A stretch of 62,936 bases of DNA, counting the filler, from Octopus bimaculoides (taxonomy: Eukaryota), in assembly GCF_001194135.2 (NCBI RefSeq). It is 4 parts of 4 records of this genome, joined end to end, with 100 filler letters (N's around TTAATTAATTAA, not from the genome) between each part and the next. Parts side by side here need not be neighbours in the genome. Positions count along the whole stretch, not along the records: positions 1 to 21,774 come from NC_068983.1; positions 21,875 to 47,603 come from NC_068984.1; 2 more parts are not named here. One strand, given 5' to 3'. Positions within the stretch are counted from its first letter, which is position 1; the number at the start of each line of letters is the position of its first letter. The position numbers and the translations under genes were made by a program. The notes below the pieces were generated by a model, which saw nothing but the letters and a program-made list of their open reading frames with translations, was not told where the DNA came from and searched no databases. Positions 11,416 to 22,065 of this stretch are shown in pieces.

Positions 11416-11574
11416 NNNNNNNNNNNNNNNNNNNNNNNNNNNNNNNNNNNNNNNNNNNNNNNNNNNNNNNNNNNNNNNNNNNNNNNNNNNNNNNNNNNNN
11501 NNNNNNNNNNNNNNNNNNNNNNNNNNNNNNNNNNNNNNNNNNNNNNNNNNNNNNNNNNNNNNNNNNNNNNNNNN

Positions 11575-11630
<56 letters not shown>

Positions 11631-11697
11631 AATTTTTTTCTCGATTTATAGGATCATGCTCAAAGAGGTATCGTCACTCGCACGCACCAGACAGACG

Positions 11698-11915
11698 AAA
11701 GGCGGCGAGCTGGCAGAAACGTTAGCACGCCGGGCGAAATGCTTAGCGATATTTCGTCTGCCGCTATGTTCTGAGTTCAAATTCCGCCGAGGTCGACTTT
11801 GCCGTTCATCCTTTCGGGGTCGATCAAATAAGTACCAGTTACGCACTCGGGTCGATATAATCAACTTAATCCTTTTGTCTGTCCTTGTTTGTCCCCTCTG
11901 TGTGTAGCCCCTTGC
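11698..11915 (+). mobile_element. SINE family A with alternative tail
   Basis: aaggcggcgagctggcagaaacgttagc...gtccttgtttgtcccctctgtgtgtagccccttgcgggcagtaa followed by (GATA)n. Confidence 0.9.
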
Positions 11916-12471
11916 GGGCAGTAAGATAGATAGATAGACAGACAGACAGATAGAAAAGTAGACAGAAAGATGAATAGATAGATAGATAGACAGACAGATA
12001 GACAGATAGATAGATAGATATACAAGCATGAAACAGGCGTACATGTACATATCTCCGTATCCACGTGCATATCTATACGTACAGACACACACACACATAC
12101 ACACACACCAACATATATGAACATGCAATTTACACGTAAACATTTGATATGATATCCACCATTAGATTTTCCTTTGCTTTCCAAATTCAACGAAGGAACA
12201 TTTTACAAGTGTTTCATAATTAAAGATTCTGATTGGCAGGAGTCAGTAGACGCCACGCCCACAATCTTCCCTAAAGTTATTTCTGTATATGATTCTAGTT
12301 ATACCGCTGAATTTCATTCGCTTTCTTTCGCATCCTGTATCTGTATATTCTTTTAATCTTATTTTTTTTAACAGTCTCTCTATGAATAATATATTCATCT
12401 AAGTACCTTCCTATTTATCTATTTATCTATCTATTTATGTCTGTCTGCTGTCTGCTGTCTGTCTGTCTATC

Positions 12472-12523
<52 letters not shown>

Positions 12524-12536
12524 CACTTATCCATCC

Positions 12537-12572
<36 letters not shown>

Positions 12573-13341
12573 CTCTCTCTCTCTCTCTCTCTCTCGCTCT
12601 CTCNNNNNNNNNNNNNNNNNNNNNNNNNNNNNNNNNNNNNNNNNNNNNNNNNNNNNNNNNNNNNNNNNNNNNNNNNNNNNNNNNNNNNNNNNNNNNNNNN
12701 NNNNNNNNNNNNNNNNNNNNNNNNNNNNNNNNNNNNNNNNNNNNNNNNNNNNNNNNNNNNNNNNNNNNNNNNNNNNNNNNNNNNNNNNNNNNNNNNNNNN
12801 NNNNNNNNNNNNNNNNNNNNNNNNNNNNNNNNNNNNNNNNNNNNNNNNNNNNNNNNNNNNNNNNNNNNNNNNNNNNNNNNNNNNNNNNNNNNNNNNNNNN
12901 NNNNNNNNNNNNNNNNNNNNNNNNNNNNNNNNNNNNNNNNNNNNNNNNNNNNNNNNNNNNNNNNNNNNNNNNNNNNNNNNNNNNNNNNNNNNNNNNNNNN
13001 NNNNNNNNNNNNNNNNNNNNNNNNNNNNNNNNNNNNNNNNNNNNNNNNNNNNNNNNNNNNNNNNNNNNNNNNNNNNNNNNNNNNNNNNNNNNNNNNNNNN
13101 NNNNNNNNNNNNNNNNNNNNNNNNNNNNNNNNNNNNNNNNNNNNNNNNNNNNNNNNNNNNNNNNNNNNNNNNNNNNNNNNNNNNNNNNNNNNNNNNNNNN
13201 NNNNNNNNNNNNNNNNNNNNNNNNNNNNNNNNNNNNNNNNNNNNNNNNNNNNNNNNNNNNNNNNNNNNNNNNNNNNNNNNNNNNNNNNNNNNNNNNNNNN
13301 NNNNNNNNNNNNNNNNNNNNNNNNNNNNNNNNNNNNNNNNN

Positions 13342-13593
13342 AAAAGAATCATCCATAACTTGCAGTAAGCAACATTTATTAAAATAAAAGTGTTGTATAT
13401 CGTCTGCACTGGATGGTTCTCAGGATGACGTTGTATGGAAAGATGAAATAAATGAAAGTGAATCTTCTGATGTTGACTATGAATCTGACGATGACGGAGA
13501 TTTACACTACAATAATGCTGACATGTTTACGGAGGAACAAATGGAACAGTTATTTGATGCTGAAAGTGACGTTGAATTTGAAGGATTTGAATA
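13342..13593 (+). mobile_element. pogo/Tigger-like transposase C-terminal acidic tail (remnant)
   Basis: KCCISSALDGSQDDVVWKDEINESESSDVDYESDDD...LFDAESDVEFEGFE*, matching the CCISNALDG(S/T)EDD...F.GF* ending of pogo-family transposases. Confidence 0.7.
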
Positions 13594-13654
13594 AATGTTT
13601 TTGCTTTTGTAACTGATTGTGATAAATATGTGAAAGGCAATTTACTCAATATTT

Positions 13655-13920
13655 GTTTTTCACTAACGTTAATACTGTTATTTCTTTATTTTCCTTCTTT
13701 CACATTGATCCTGTTGTCACTGGGGCATGTTATGTCGATTATCATGCATGTTCGTTCTTTTTTAGTCACCACAACAATATCCGGTTTCCTATGTCTGGTC
13801 GGGTGATCGCACTGGATCAGTGCATACCACAGGATTTTGCTATTCTCGTTTTCGGTGACTCCTTCTGGAGTTTGTTCATACATTATTTATTATTGAGACT
13901 TTGGGCGTCGAAGAAGATCA
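13655..13920 (-). mobile_element. R4/Dong-like LINE RLE fragment (fragment 3)
   Basis: YEQTPEGVTENENSKILWYALIQCDHPTRHRKPDIVVVTKKERTCMIIDITCPSDNRINVKE; same family as 4385-4800. Confidence 0.85.
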
Positions 13921-13929
13921 GCTAGTCGC

Positions 13930-14625
13930 TCTTTTCCGGAGAACTTTCGGGACGGGACTGATGATTAATTTCCAAAAATCTTTGGCCTGGCAGTTCTACC
14001 GAGTAGATTTGCCTGTTCCTAATAGCCTTAACAGGCACGGAAGTGCCGTCAGCTGAGCATGTCCGAGATGCGCGCAGGACGACGAGACGGTCCTGCATGC
14101 TACTCGCCCAGTGCCCTGCATTGCTGACCTGTGGGTTTATGTCGAATACCTGCTGTGGGAAGGATCCAGCTGTCAACTGAATCCATCGCCCCACCGCCTT
14201 CCTTTAACCGGGAAGGAAAGTCTTTATATGCCTTGTGGCCATGGCGAAAGAGGTTGTATGGTGGACGAGATTGAAGGGGCTGAAGCCAAACACTTTTCTC
14301 ATTGGCCAATCCTTGATAAACTTCTTCAAGTTTCATTTGAAAAGGAAAATAAGGGTAGAGAGGGAAGTGTTGCCGTCTTACCAGTTTGCTGAAAGGTATA
14401 TGAAAGTGGCGAGAATGGTACGAGTGAACAGGCTTGCCCTGAGCATACGCCTGTAGTTGGTAAAAAAGGGAAAGAAAAAAAGGGAAAGAAAAAAGGGACC
14501 AGCCCTGAAAGTCAAGGTACCCATGGTTTTTTATGGGTCTTTTCCATGAGCAGTCCTTGAACGTCTCCTCCCTGTTGAAGATCATACAATGTCGATTTTT
14601 TATTCTGTTTTGTTACTTTTGTTTA
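13930..14625 (+). mobile_element. Tx1/L1-like LINE ORF2 C-terminus (zf-RVT) and 3' UTR
   Basis: AWQFYRVDLPVPNSLNRHGSAVS*ACPRCAQDDETVLHA..QCP.IADLWVYVEYLL...MAKEVVWWTRLKGLK...FFKFHLKRKIRVER, frameshifted. Confidence 0.75.
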
Positions 14626-14749
14626 CACACAAAACCCTCACAACAACACACACTCACACACACACTCACGCACATACACACACACATTCTTTGTTTTGTC
14701 CTGTCCATAATGTTTTTCTTAATGTAAACCCTTGTGGTTGATAAAGAAA

Positions 14750-15007
14750 TCATTATTATTATCATTATTATTATTATTATTTTATGTTTGACTTTTGTTT
14801 TGCATTTGTACAAGTTGGATCCAAGTCTCACCCAGAGACCTCAAGAGACAACAAGTTAGAAGTTCATGTAGGTGTTATGCCTAGGGTACCATATATTTGG
14901 ATTTGTACAGTTTTGTTCAAGTGAATGTTTAAGAAACCATAAGAAAATTATGTGTTTGCTTTAAAATTTGAGATCACATAGACAGTATTTTACGTAGGAT
15001 ATGGGCA
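14750..15007 (-). mobile_element. R4/Dong-like LINE extreme 3' end (fragment 4)
   Basis: Minus strand AHILRKILSM*, then a 3' UTR (gtctctgggtgagacttggatcc) and a (TAA)n tail. Confidence 0.7.
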
Positions 15008-15150
15008 NNNNNNNNNNNNNNNNNNNNNNNNNNNNNNNNNNNNNNNNNNNNNNNNNNNNNNNNNNNNNNNNNNNNNNNNNNNNNNNNNNNNNNNNNNNNN
15101 NNNNNNNNNNNNNNNNNNNNNNNNNNNNNNNNNNNNNNNNNNNNNNNNNN

Positions 15151-15230
<80 letters not shown>

Positions 15231-15720
15231 CATTATTATTATTATTATTATTATTGTTGTTGTTGTTTTCCGATTGATTTGCATTTTATCTTATCTTCTG
15301 ACCGGGTCTCAACCAGAGCCCTAAAGCAAGTGTATATTAGATAGAGAGAAACTTCCTGAGAATGTGGGCGGTTCATGCCACCACAATATTTTGAGTCATT
15401 TAGACTGTTGGTTTCCCAGAGATCTGGTCAAAAAATTTGTCAGTACCTTTCTTGATCATTCCCAGGGTACCTGCAATAACAGGAATAGCTTTGGGTTTTA
15501 ATTGCCACGTCTTAGATATTTCAATCTGAAGGTCCTTATATTTCGCCAGTTTTTCAAATTCCTTTGCTGAGATGTTTCTATCAGTAGACACTGCAATATC
15601 AATTAACAGGCAAGTTTTTTGTCTTATATCTTTGATGACGATGTCTGGTCTGTTAACATTTATTTGCCTCCTATATATGTGTATCCACGCGTTTTGCCAA
15701 GCAAACAAATTAATCAAAAG
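15151..15720 (-). mobile_element. R4/Dong-like LINE RLE domain and 3' end with a long (TAA)n tail (fragment 5)
   Basis: NRPDIVIKDIRQKTCLLIDIAVSTDRNISAKEFEKLAKYKDLQIEISKTWQLKPKAIPVIAGTLG; then aaccgcccacattctcaggaag (TAHILRK), ctctggttgagacccgg and (AAT)n. Confidence 0.85.
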
Positions 15721-15944
15721 TCTGATTTAAGCGATGTGGGAAGCTGTCTATTCTTCATTTGGTCACGAGATACGTCCTAGATTGAAAAAAAAAACTATTT
15801 GGTGGAGCAATGTGACAATAGGAGATGCATCTATCCTTTAAATTCATATCGAATAACAAGAAAGAAAATATAAAAGAAAATAATAAACCAAACAAGTTTT
15901 TCTACATTAGCCAATGTATGAAACAATACCTTTTTTATCAACCA

Positions 15945-16215
15945 ATGTAGAAACTACAGAAGTATATCTGAAGAAATCGATGATATTCGCCTACTTACAT
16001 AACTGACTAGGTTCCTAAGGATAACTGGTGGATGATTGGATTCTTTGCTAATATAAGATAGCTTTTCATTAGGCTTACGATAAGGTCTGAATTTATCTAA
16101 CTGTAAATCTAAATCTATATCTAAGAAATCTACGCTTTTAAGATTACTATCTATCGTAATCTGTAAGCCCATCCTTTGGAAGAAAGCAATTAGATCCTTC
16201 CTAAGCTTGAGTTCA
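15945..16215 (-). mobile_element. Penelope-like element reverse transcriptase thumb fragment
   Basis: LRKDLIAFFQRMGLQITIDSNLKSVDFLDIDLDLQLDKFRPYRKPNEKLSYISKESNHPPVILRNL...RRISSISS: FLD, PYRKP and SNHPP motifs of PLE RT. Confidence 0.85.
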
Positions 16216-16425
16216 ATTTTTGGCACAAGGCCAGTAACTTCGAGGAAGGAGGTAAGTCGATTACATTGACTCCAGTATTCCAACTGGGACTTATTTTATT
16301 GACCCTGAAAGGATAAAAGGCAAAATCGACCTCGGTGAAATTTGAACTCAGAACATAAAGACGGACGAAATAACGAAATACCGCTAAGCATTTTACCCGG
16401 CGTGCTAACGATTCTACCAGCTCAC
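16215..16425 (-). mobile_element. SINE family A
   Basis: Reverse A consensus with a small internal duplication (gaaataacgaaatacc). Confidence 0.85.
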
Positions 16426-17099
16426 TACATTACTATACGCGTCATATTGAAAGCCGAGGAAGAAGCGATCAAGCTGTCAGTGGCAGAACGTTAAGCACCT
16501 ATTCAGAAGCACACATCACAATACTTAATGAAAAATCAAAGTTCCGATAAAGGATATTGGTAACGTTGTTGACATTTGGCTCGTTGTCATGTTTGTAGAG
16601 CAGAACGGGCAGGTGGCTAATTGCCGAGATATCAAAGAGTGATATGTAGTCAAGTGAGGGTCGATATGGATATGCAGTTGTTATTCATCCCTAAGAGCAT
16701 AAAGCCATTCCGGAGTTGTGCCCGTCGTGAGCACAGGAAGAAAAAAACCACGAGACTGAGGAGAGATGCAAAAATGATGAGAGGTCAGGAAGCACAGCTG
16801 TTACACGCGTGGCGGTAAGGATCACTTAAGGGTTTAACGTCCGGATGAGGCCGAAAGACAATGGAGAAAAGAATAGAGAGACTGCAATAGCAACAAACAA
16901 CAGGTGGGATGGATCAGTAGGAACAGATAATCACAAGCAGAGACAGAGAGGTGAGTAAAGGAAAAGAGTTAAAAGTAGGAATACGAGCAGTGAAGTGCTG
17001 GATGATAGAAAACAGTCAGAGAATAAGCATTGATTAATTTCCACCCACATCAACTGAGTCAGCGCCCGCTAAGTTAGAACATCGACGTTGTCGCTGGAC

Positions 17100-17318
17100 T
17101 TACTCTTTTACTCTTTTACTTGTTTCAGTCATTTGACTGTGGCCATGCTGGAGCACCGCCTTTAGTCGAGCAAATCGACCGCCGGACTTATTCTTTGTAA
17201 GCCCAGTAGTTATTCTATCGGTCTTTTGCCGAATCGCTAAGTTACGGAGACGTAAACACCAGCATCGGTTGTCAAGCGATGTTGGGAGGGGGGGACAAAC
17301 ACAGACACACAAACACAT

Positions 17319-17371
<53 letters not shown>

Positions 17372-17438
17372 TACGACGGGNNNNNNNNNNNNNNNNNNNN
17401 NNNNNNNNNNNNNNNNNNNNNNNNNNNNNNNNNNNNNN

Positions 17439-17479
<41 letters not shown>

Positions 17480-17645
17480 TACGACGGGCTTCTTTCAGTT
17501 TCCGTCTATCAAATCCACTCACAAGGCTTTGGTCGGCCCGAGGCTATAGTAGAAGACACTTGCCCAAGGTGCCACGCAGTGGGACTGAACCCGGAACCAT
17601 GTGGTTGATAAGCAAGTTACTTACCACACAGCCATTCTTACGCCT
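17100..17645 (-). mobile_element. SINE family B, full length, with a gap in its central microsatellite
   Basis: Tail actcttttactcttttacttg... through head cttaccacacagcca. Identical text atacatatatacgacggg flanks both sides of the 17381-17438 gap. Confidence 0.9.
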
Positions 17646-17984
17646 TGGTAAAAGTATATAGTAATGTACCGCAAATCACACTCTGCTGTTTTGACAAGTG
17701 AGATATTTTTGAATAATGTTGTCCAAAGATCGCAACATCTAAGAAAATGTCGAGATGGTCATGATTTAGAACGTCTTAAAACATGGAGCAGCTCAACTAG
17801 GGACGACCTGAGCTAAACAAGGAAAACAGCGGACTCAGTACGAACTAATGGAGTAGTCCCTATACTATCTCTCGATTTGCTAGAAATAGCAGCCAATTCT
17901 CCATCAAATCAAACACTATAGTCCTTTTTAAAACGGAAGGACATTCTGTATAACGTAACATTCTTTTGTTCGTTTACTTATGCC

Positions 17985-18290
17985 AGTCATTGACCTGCGG
18001 CCACGCTAGAACACCGCTTTAAACACTATCGGTGCTCAAATATATTTTTAAATCTGGTACCTTTTCTATCGGTTACTTCTTAGCGAACCACTCGGCAATG
18101 GGGACTTAAACAAACCAATACTTGTTGTCAACACAGAGACAAACACACAAATATACACATGCAAGGCTGTGGTCGACTCGAGGCTATAGTAGAAGACACT
18201 TGCCCAAGATGCCACGCAGTGGGACTGAACCCGGAATCATGTGGTTGAGAAGCAAGCTTCTTTCCACACAACCAAATCTGCGCCTACAAA
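17985..18290 (-). mobile_element. SINE family B, diverged
   Basis: cagtcattgacctgcggccacgctagaacaccgc...gaggctatagtagaagacacttgcccaagatgccacgcagtgggactgaaccc. Confidence 0.8.
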
Positions 18291-18588
18291 ACTATGTCAG
18301 TACACCAAATCTGAAATCAACTGGAACGAAATTGAAGGAATTGAAAAGTGAAAGCCAAACAGAAGAAATCCCGATTGATTCCAAGGCGGCACCCGCAGGT
18401 AAAAGATAAAAGGGAAAAGATGCAAGGTAAAGACGCAGCGGAATTGTTGGAATCCCTTTGTTCCTAGATATTTGCTCAATTAGGGTTTATTTCCTGGGTA
18501 CAACAATAAGTCATCACTACCACCACGATGATGATGATTGACTTAATGTTTTACGTGGGCGTATGTAAGCGCAGGTGTATCTATGTAG

Positions 18589-18650
<62 letters not shown>

Positions 18651-18884
18651 AATGAAGATAGGTAGGTAGGTAGGAGGTGACTGTGAGTGCCTTTCGCGTG
18701 GTCGCGTGTGGATGTATACTTTATCAAGAAGCAGGGAGTGGGGAGGAAAAGCAACATTCACTTATACAAATACGACACGCACGCACACACACACATACAC
18801 ATACGCATACACTCAGAGCCAATGAAGAAGCCGCTATGTGGTCACTGGAGATGCTAGAAATACCAGCCAAATCACCCTTAAATG

Positions 18885-19545
18885 ACACCTTGTGCCTTCA
18901 GTAGAAAGGATTATTTTATAATTAATAAGGCGGCCAGCTGGCAGGGTCATTAACACGCCGGGCGAAATGCTTAGCGTTCTGAGTTCAAATTCTGCCGAGG
19001 TCGACTTTGCTTTTCATCCTATCGGAGTCAATAAATTAAGTACCAGTTGCGTACTGGGGTCGATCTAATCGACTAGCCCCCTACCCCAAAATTTCAGGCC
19101 TTGTGCCCTTAGCAGAAAGGGTTATTTTTTAAAAATTAATATAAGACGGCGGGCTGGCAGAATCGTTAGCACGCTGGGCGAAATGCTTAGCGGTATTTCG
19201 TCTGTCTTCATGTTCCGAGTTCAAATTCCGCCGAGGGTGACTTTGCCTTTCATCCTTTCAGAGTCGATAAGTTAAGTACCAGCTGCGTACTGGGGTGGAT
19301 CAAATCGACTGGCCCTCCTCTCCCCAAATTTCAAGCCTTGTGCCTACAGTAGAAAGGATTAATAAGGCAGCGAGCTGGCAGAATCGTTAACACGCCGCGC
19401 AAAATGCGAAGCAGCATTTTGTCCGTCTTTACGTTCTGAGTTCAAATCCCGCCGAGGTCGACTTTGCCTTCCATCCTTTCAGAGTCGATGATATAAGCAC
19501 CAGCTGAACACTAGAGTGGATGTAATCGACATACCTCTCAGACAA
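18885..19545 (+). mobile_element. Head-to-tail array of SINE A (a residual tail plus three copies)
   Basis: Heads near 18927, 19141 and 19362, each directly after the previous copy's agaaagg(att) tail. Confidence 0.9.
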
Positions 19546-19905
19546 AATCGTTGACCTCATTCCACAATGGAACACCAAAACTTTATTATTAGTAACAACT
19601 TTTGTACTTAGAGGACATATCATCTTCGGATCTTTATCTTAGTGCATTCGGACTATAATTCCATAATTCAGCCGCGTTAGATGCCAATATGATTTTAAGA
19701 TATATGTAAAAACGAGCAAGAGTACGTCTTATACCCCCATTTTCTAACTAAACCTAGTACTTATTTTATCGGTCTCTTTTGCACCTTGGGCAAGTATCTT
19801 CTACCATAGCCTCGGGCCAACCAAAACCTTGTGAGTGGATTTGGTAGAAGCCCGTTGTGTATATATATGTATATATGTATATACTAGCTGATTATCCTGT
19901 GTTTG

Positions 19906-21180
19906 TCACTCTATATTTCTATGTGTTATTATGTCTGTGTATTTATGTGTCTGTGAGCCTGTATGCTTGTGTGATTCTAGGTCTGTATGTTTGCTTGGTG
20001 TTACTGTTCTGCTTGTGGCATTTTTCTTCAGTGATCCCAAGGGCGTACTGCTTCTACTTGTCGTTGTTGGTTGGTCCACTTCCTCTTGTGCTTTATGTTT
20101 CTTCTGTTGTTGCTCCGTTTTAGGTGGTGAACTCCTCCTTTCTCTCTTCCTGGTTTTGGTCTCCATAAACTCTGTGTTCTGTTCCACTTCCTGGGTCCTA
20201 CTCTCCACTTCCATTACGTCTTCTTGTGTTTCTATTTCTGTAGTTTCCATCGTTTTTTTTGGACACCTTCTAATGTGCCCCTTCTCTCCACACTCGTGAC
20301 GCGTCGGAGGCCTCTCCTCTAACATTACACCTAGTTTGTCCTCATTGGGCAGCTCCAATGTTTCTGGTATATCTTCGTACTCTTTTTGATGCACCATAAA
20401 AATTATCTCTACCCCGTTCCCCCCAACAATTTAATTGTTGGGTCCGGTTTATCATTATTACTTTCACCTCTCCGTTGTCTCCTTTCTCTCTTACGATGAA
20501 AATTGCTGCTACTATCCATTTTGAATCGATTCTAGGTGGGATCCTATCCACCCTAATTCTGGTAACTCGTTTACCCAGGTAAGTGGACAGGAGTGTCCAT
20601 TTCCCCCCATGTAGCACCTTAGTGGAGTGTCTTTTTGCCTCTTCTTCTGAGACAAGGGTAACCGCTACTGAAGCATATGTTTTTCCTCTGGTATAAAACG
20701 TTATGCTTTCCTTGAATTTTTCCAGACATTCGTCCACCTCCTCCTGCATTGCATTCTCCAGCTTCTTACTGTTTTTTAAAAAAAAGTTCTATAAATTATC
20801 ACTCTGCTTTCCATCTTCGCCTCGTCTTCCTCTGGTGGGGGTCAACTTTGTGTTCGACCCCTCCCTCTTTACCATATATTGATATTTCCGGAGCAGGTCC
20901 AAATTACAATGCAGTTCATTGTGTTTCAGCATACCCGGGACGACAGAGCCCTGACTTCCCGCTGCTGCCGCATAGCTCTTCATTTCGTTCATCCGTCACA
21001 GGCCACCAAAGAAAGATGGTGCCACGCACAAAAAACTGCTGCGAAACAGCACAACACATCCCTGAGCACAAAACAATCTTCACAAAACAAACTTGCACTA
21101 AGAATAAAGGCAAGTTAAAATTACTACCTGCTTTTATAGTAAGTTGGTGCAAGTAGTTTATCTCGTTCCCCTCCGACATT
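19906..21180 (-). mobile_element. L1/Tx1-like ORF1 (gag-like, CCHC zinc knuckle) pseudogene with putative 5' UTR; no ORF2 adjacent
   Basis: ATG at 20992: MNEMKSYAAAAG...; in-frame TAG at 20789-20791; continues MQEEVDECLEK...RVTRIRVDRIPPRIDSKWIVAAI; frameshift near 20410; then LEERPPTRHECGEKGHIRRCP (degenerate CX2CX4HX4C) and a charged low-complexity tail. Confidence 0.75.
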
Positions 21181-21774
21181 TAGTTCGTGCAGTTGAAAAA
21201 AAACCGCATTATTTATGGGATGATCCAAAATATCATTATGTTATATTTTGTAAAGAACGTCTTTCAGTCTGTGCTTGTCCCCACCCAACCACCCACTTCT
21301 TGACAACGTGCCAGTGTTAGTGTGTTTACGTCCCCATAACTTAGTTCCTCGAAGCAGTGTCCCATTATGGCCGCAGTCTAATGAGTGAAATAAATAAATG
21401 ATAAAGAAAAAAAATGATAATAATAATTCCATATAATATTATAATTATAAACATACAGCAAGATTTTATATACGTTGCACTTCGGGCAAGTGTCCTCGGA
21501 TCTTTTTTAAAACGGGGGCCACATTTTTCATTAATGTTTTACGTAGTGTTTTTGGTACCGAAAGACTTTCAAACTTCGTATACTTATCTATTTTGTGTTA
21601 TAGAACAGAAAAATATTTTTGTATTCGAATTTATTTCATGTAAAAAATTGTCTTATTTCGATAATTTCAACCAATCACTGACAAGTATTCAGTTGTTTAC
21701 ATTTACTCCTTTGGCTGATTAAGCCATAGCTTCGTTTTATTTGCTTTTTTCATTTTCTTTTTTTTTCTTCGTTT

Positions 21775-21874
21775 NNNNNNNNNNNNNNNNNNNNNNNNNN
21801 NNNNNNNNNNNNNNNNNNTTAATTAATTAANNNNNNNNNNNNNNNNNNNNNNNNNNNNNNNNNNNNNNNNNNNN
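21775..21874. other. Artificial scaffold spacer N44-TTAATTAATTAA-N44
   Basis: Exactly 100 bp; identical constructs at 47604-47703 and 58003-58102. Confidence 0.9.
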
Positions 21875-21910
<36 letters not shown>

Positions 21911-22026
21911 ATACATCCTTTTGTTGTTTACACCACCTGTCCTCGTCTGTTGTTGTTTTTCGTACATTCTCCCATATATATGTATGTATGTATGTATGTA
22001 TGCATGCATGTATGTGTCTCTGTGTG

Positions 22027-22065
<39 letters not shown>

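Noticed and set aside
16430-17095. Complex non-repeat stretch, possibly an old LINE; contains ccggatgaggccgaaagac
   Set aside because: No frame gave a diagnostic motif; the hammerhead-like string has no room for a stem II loop.
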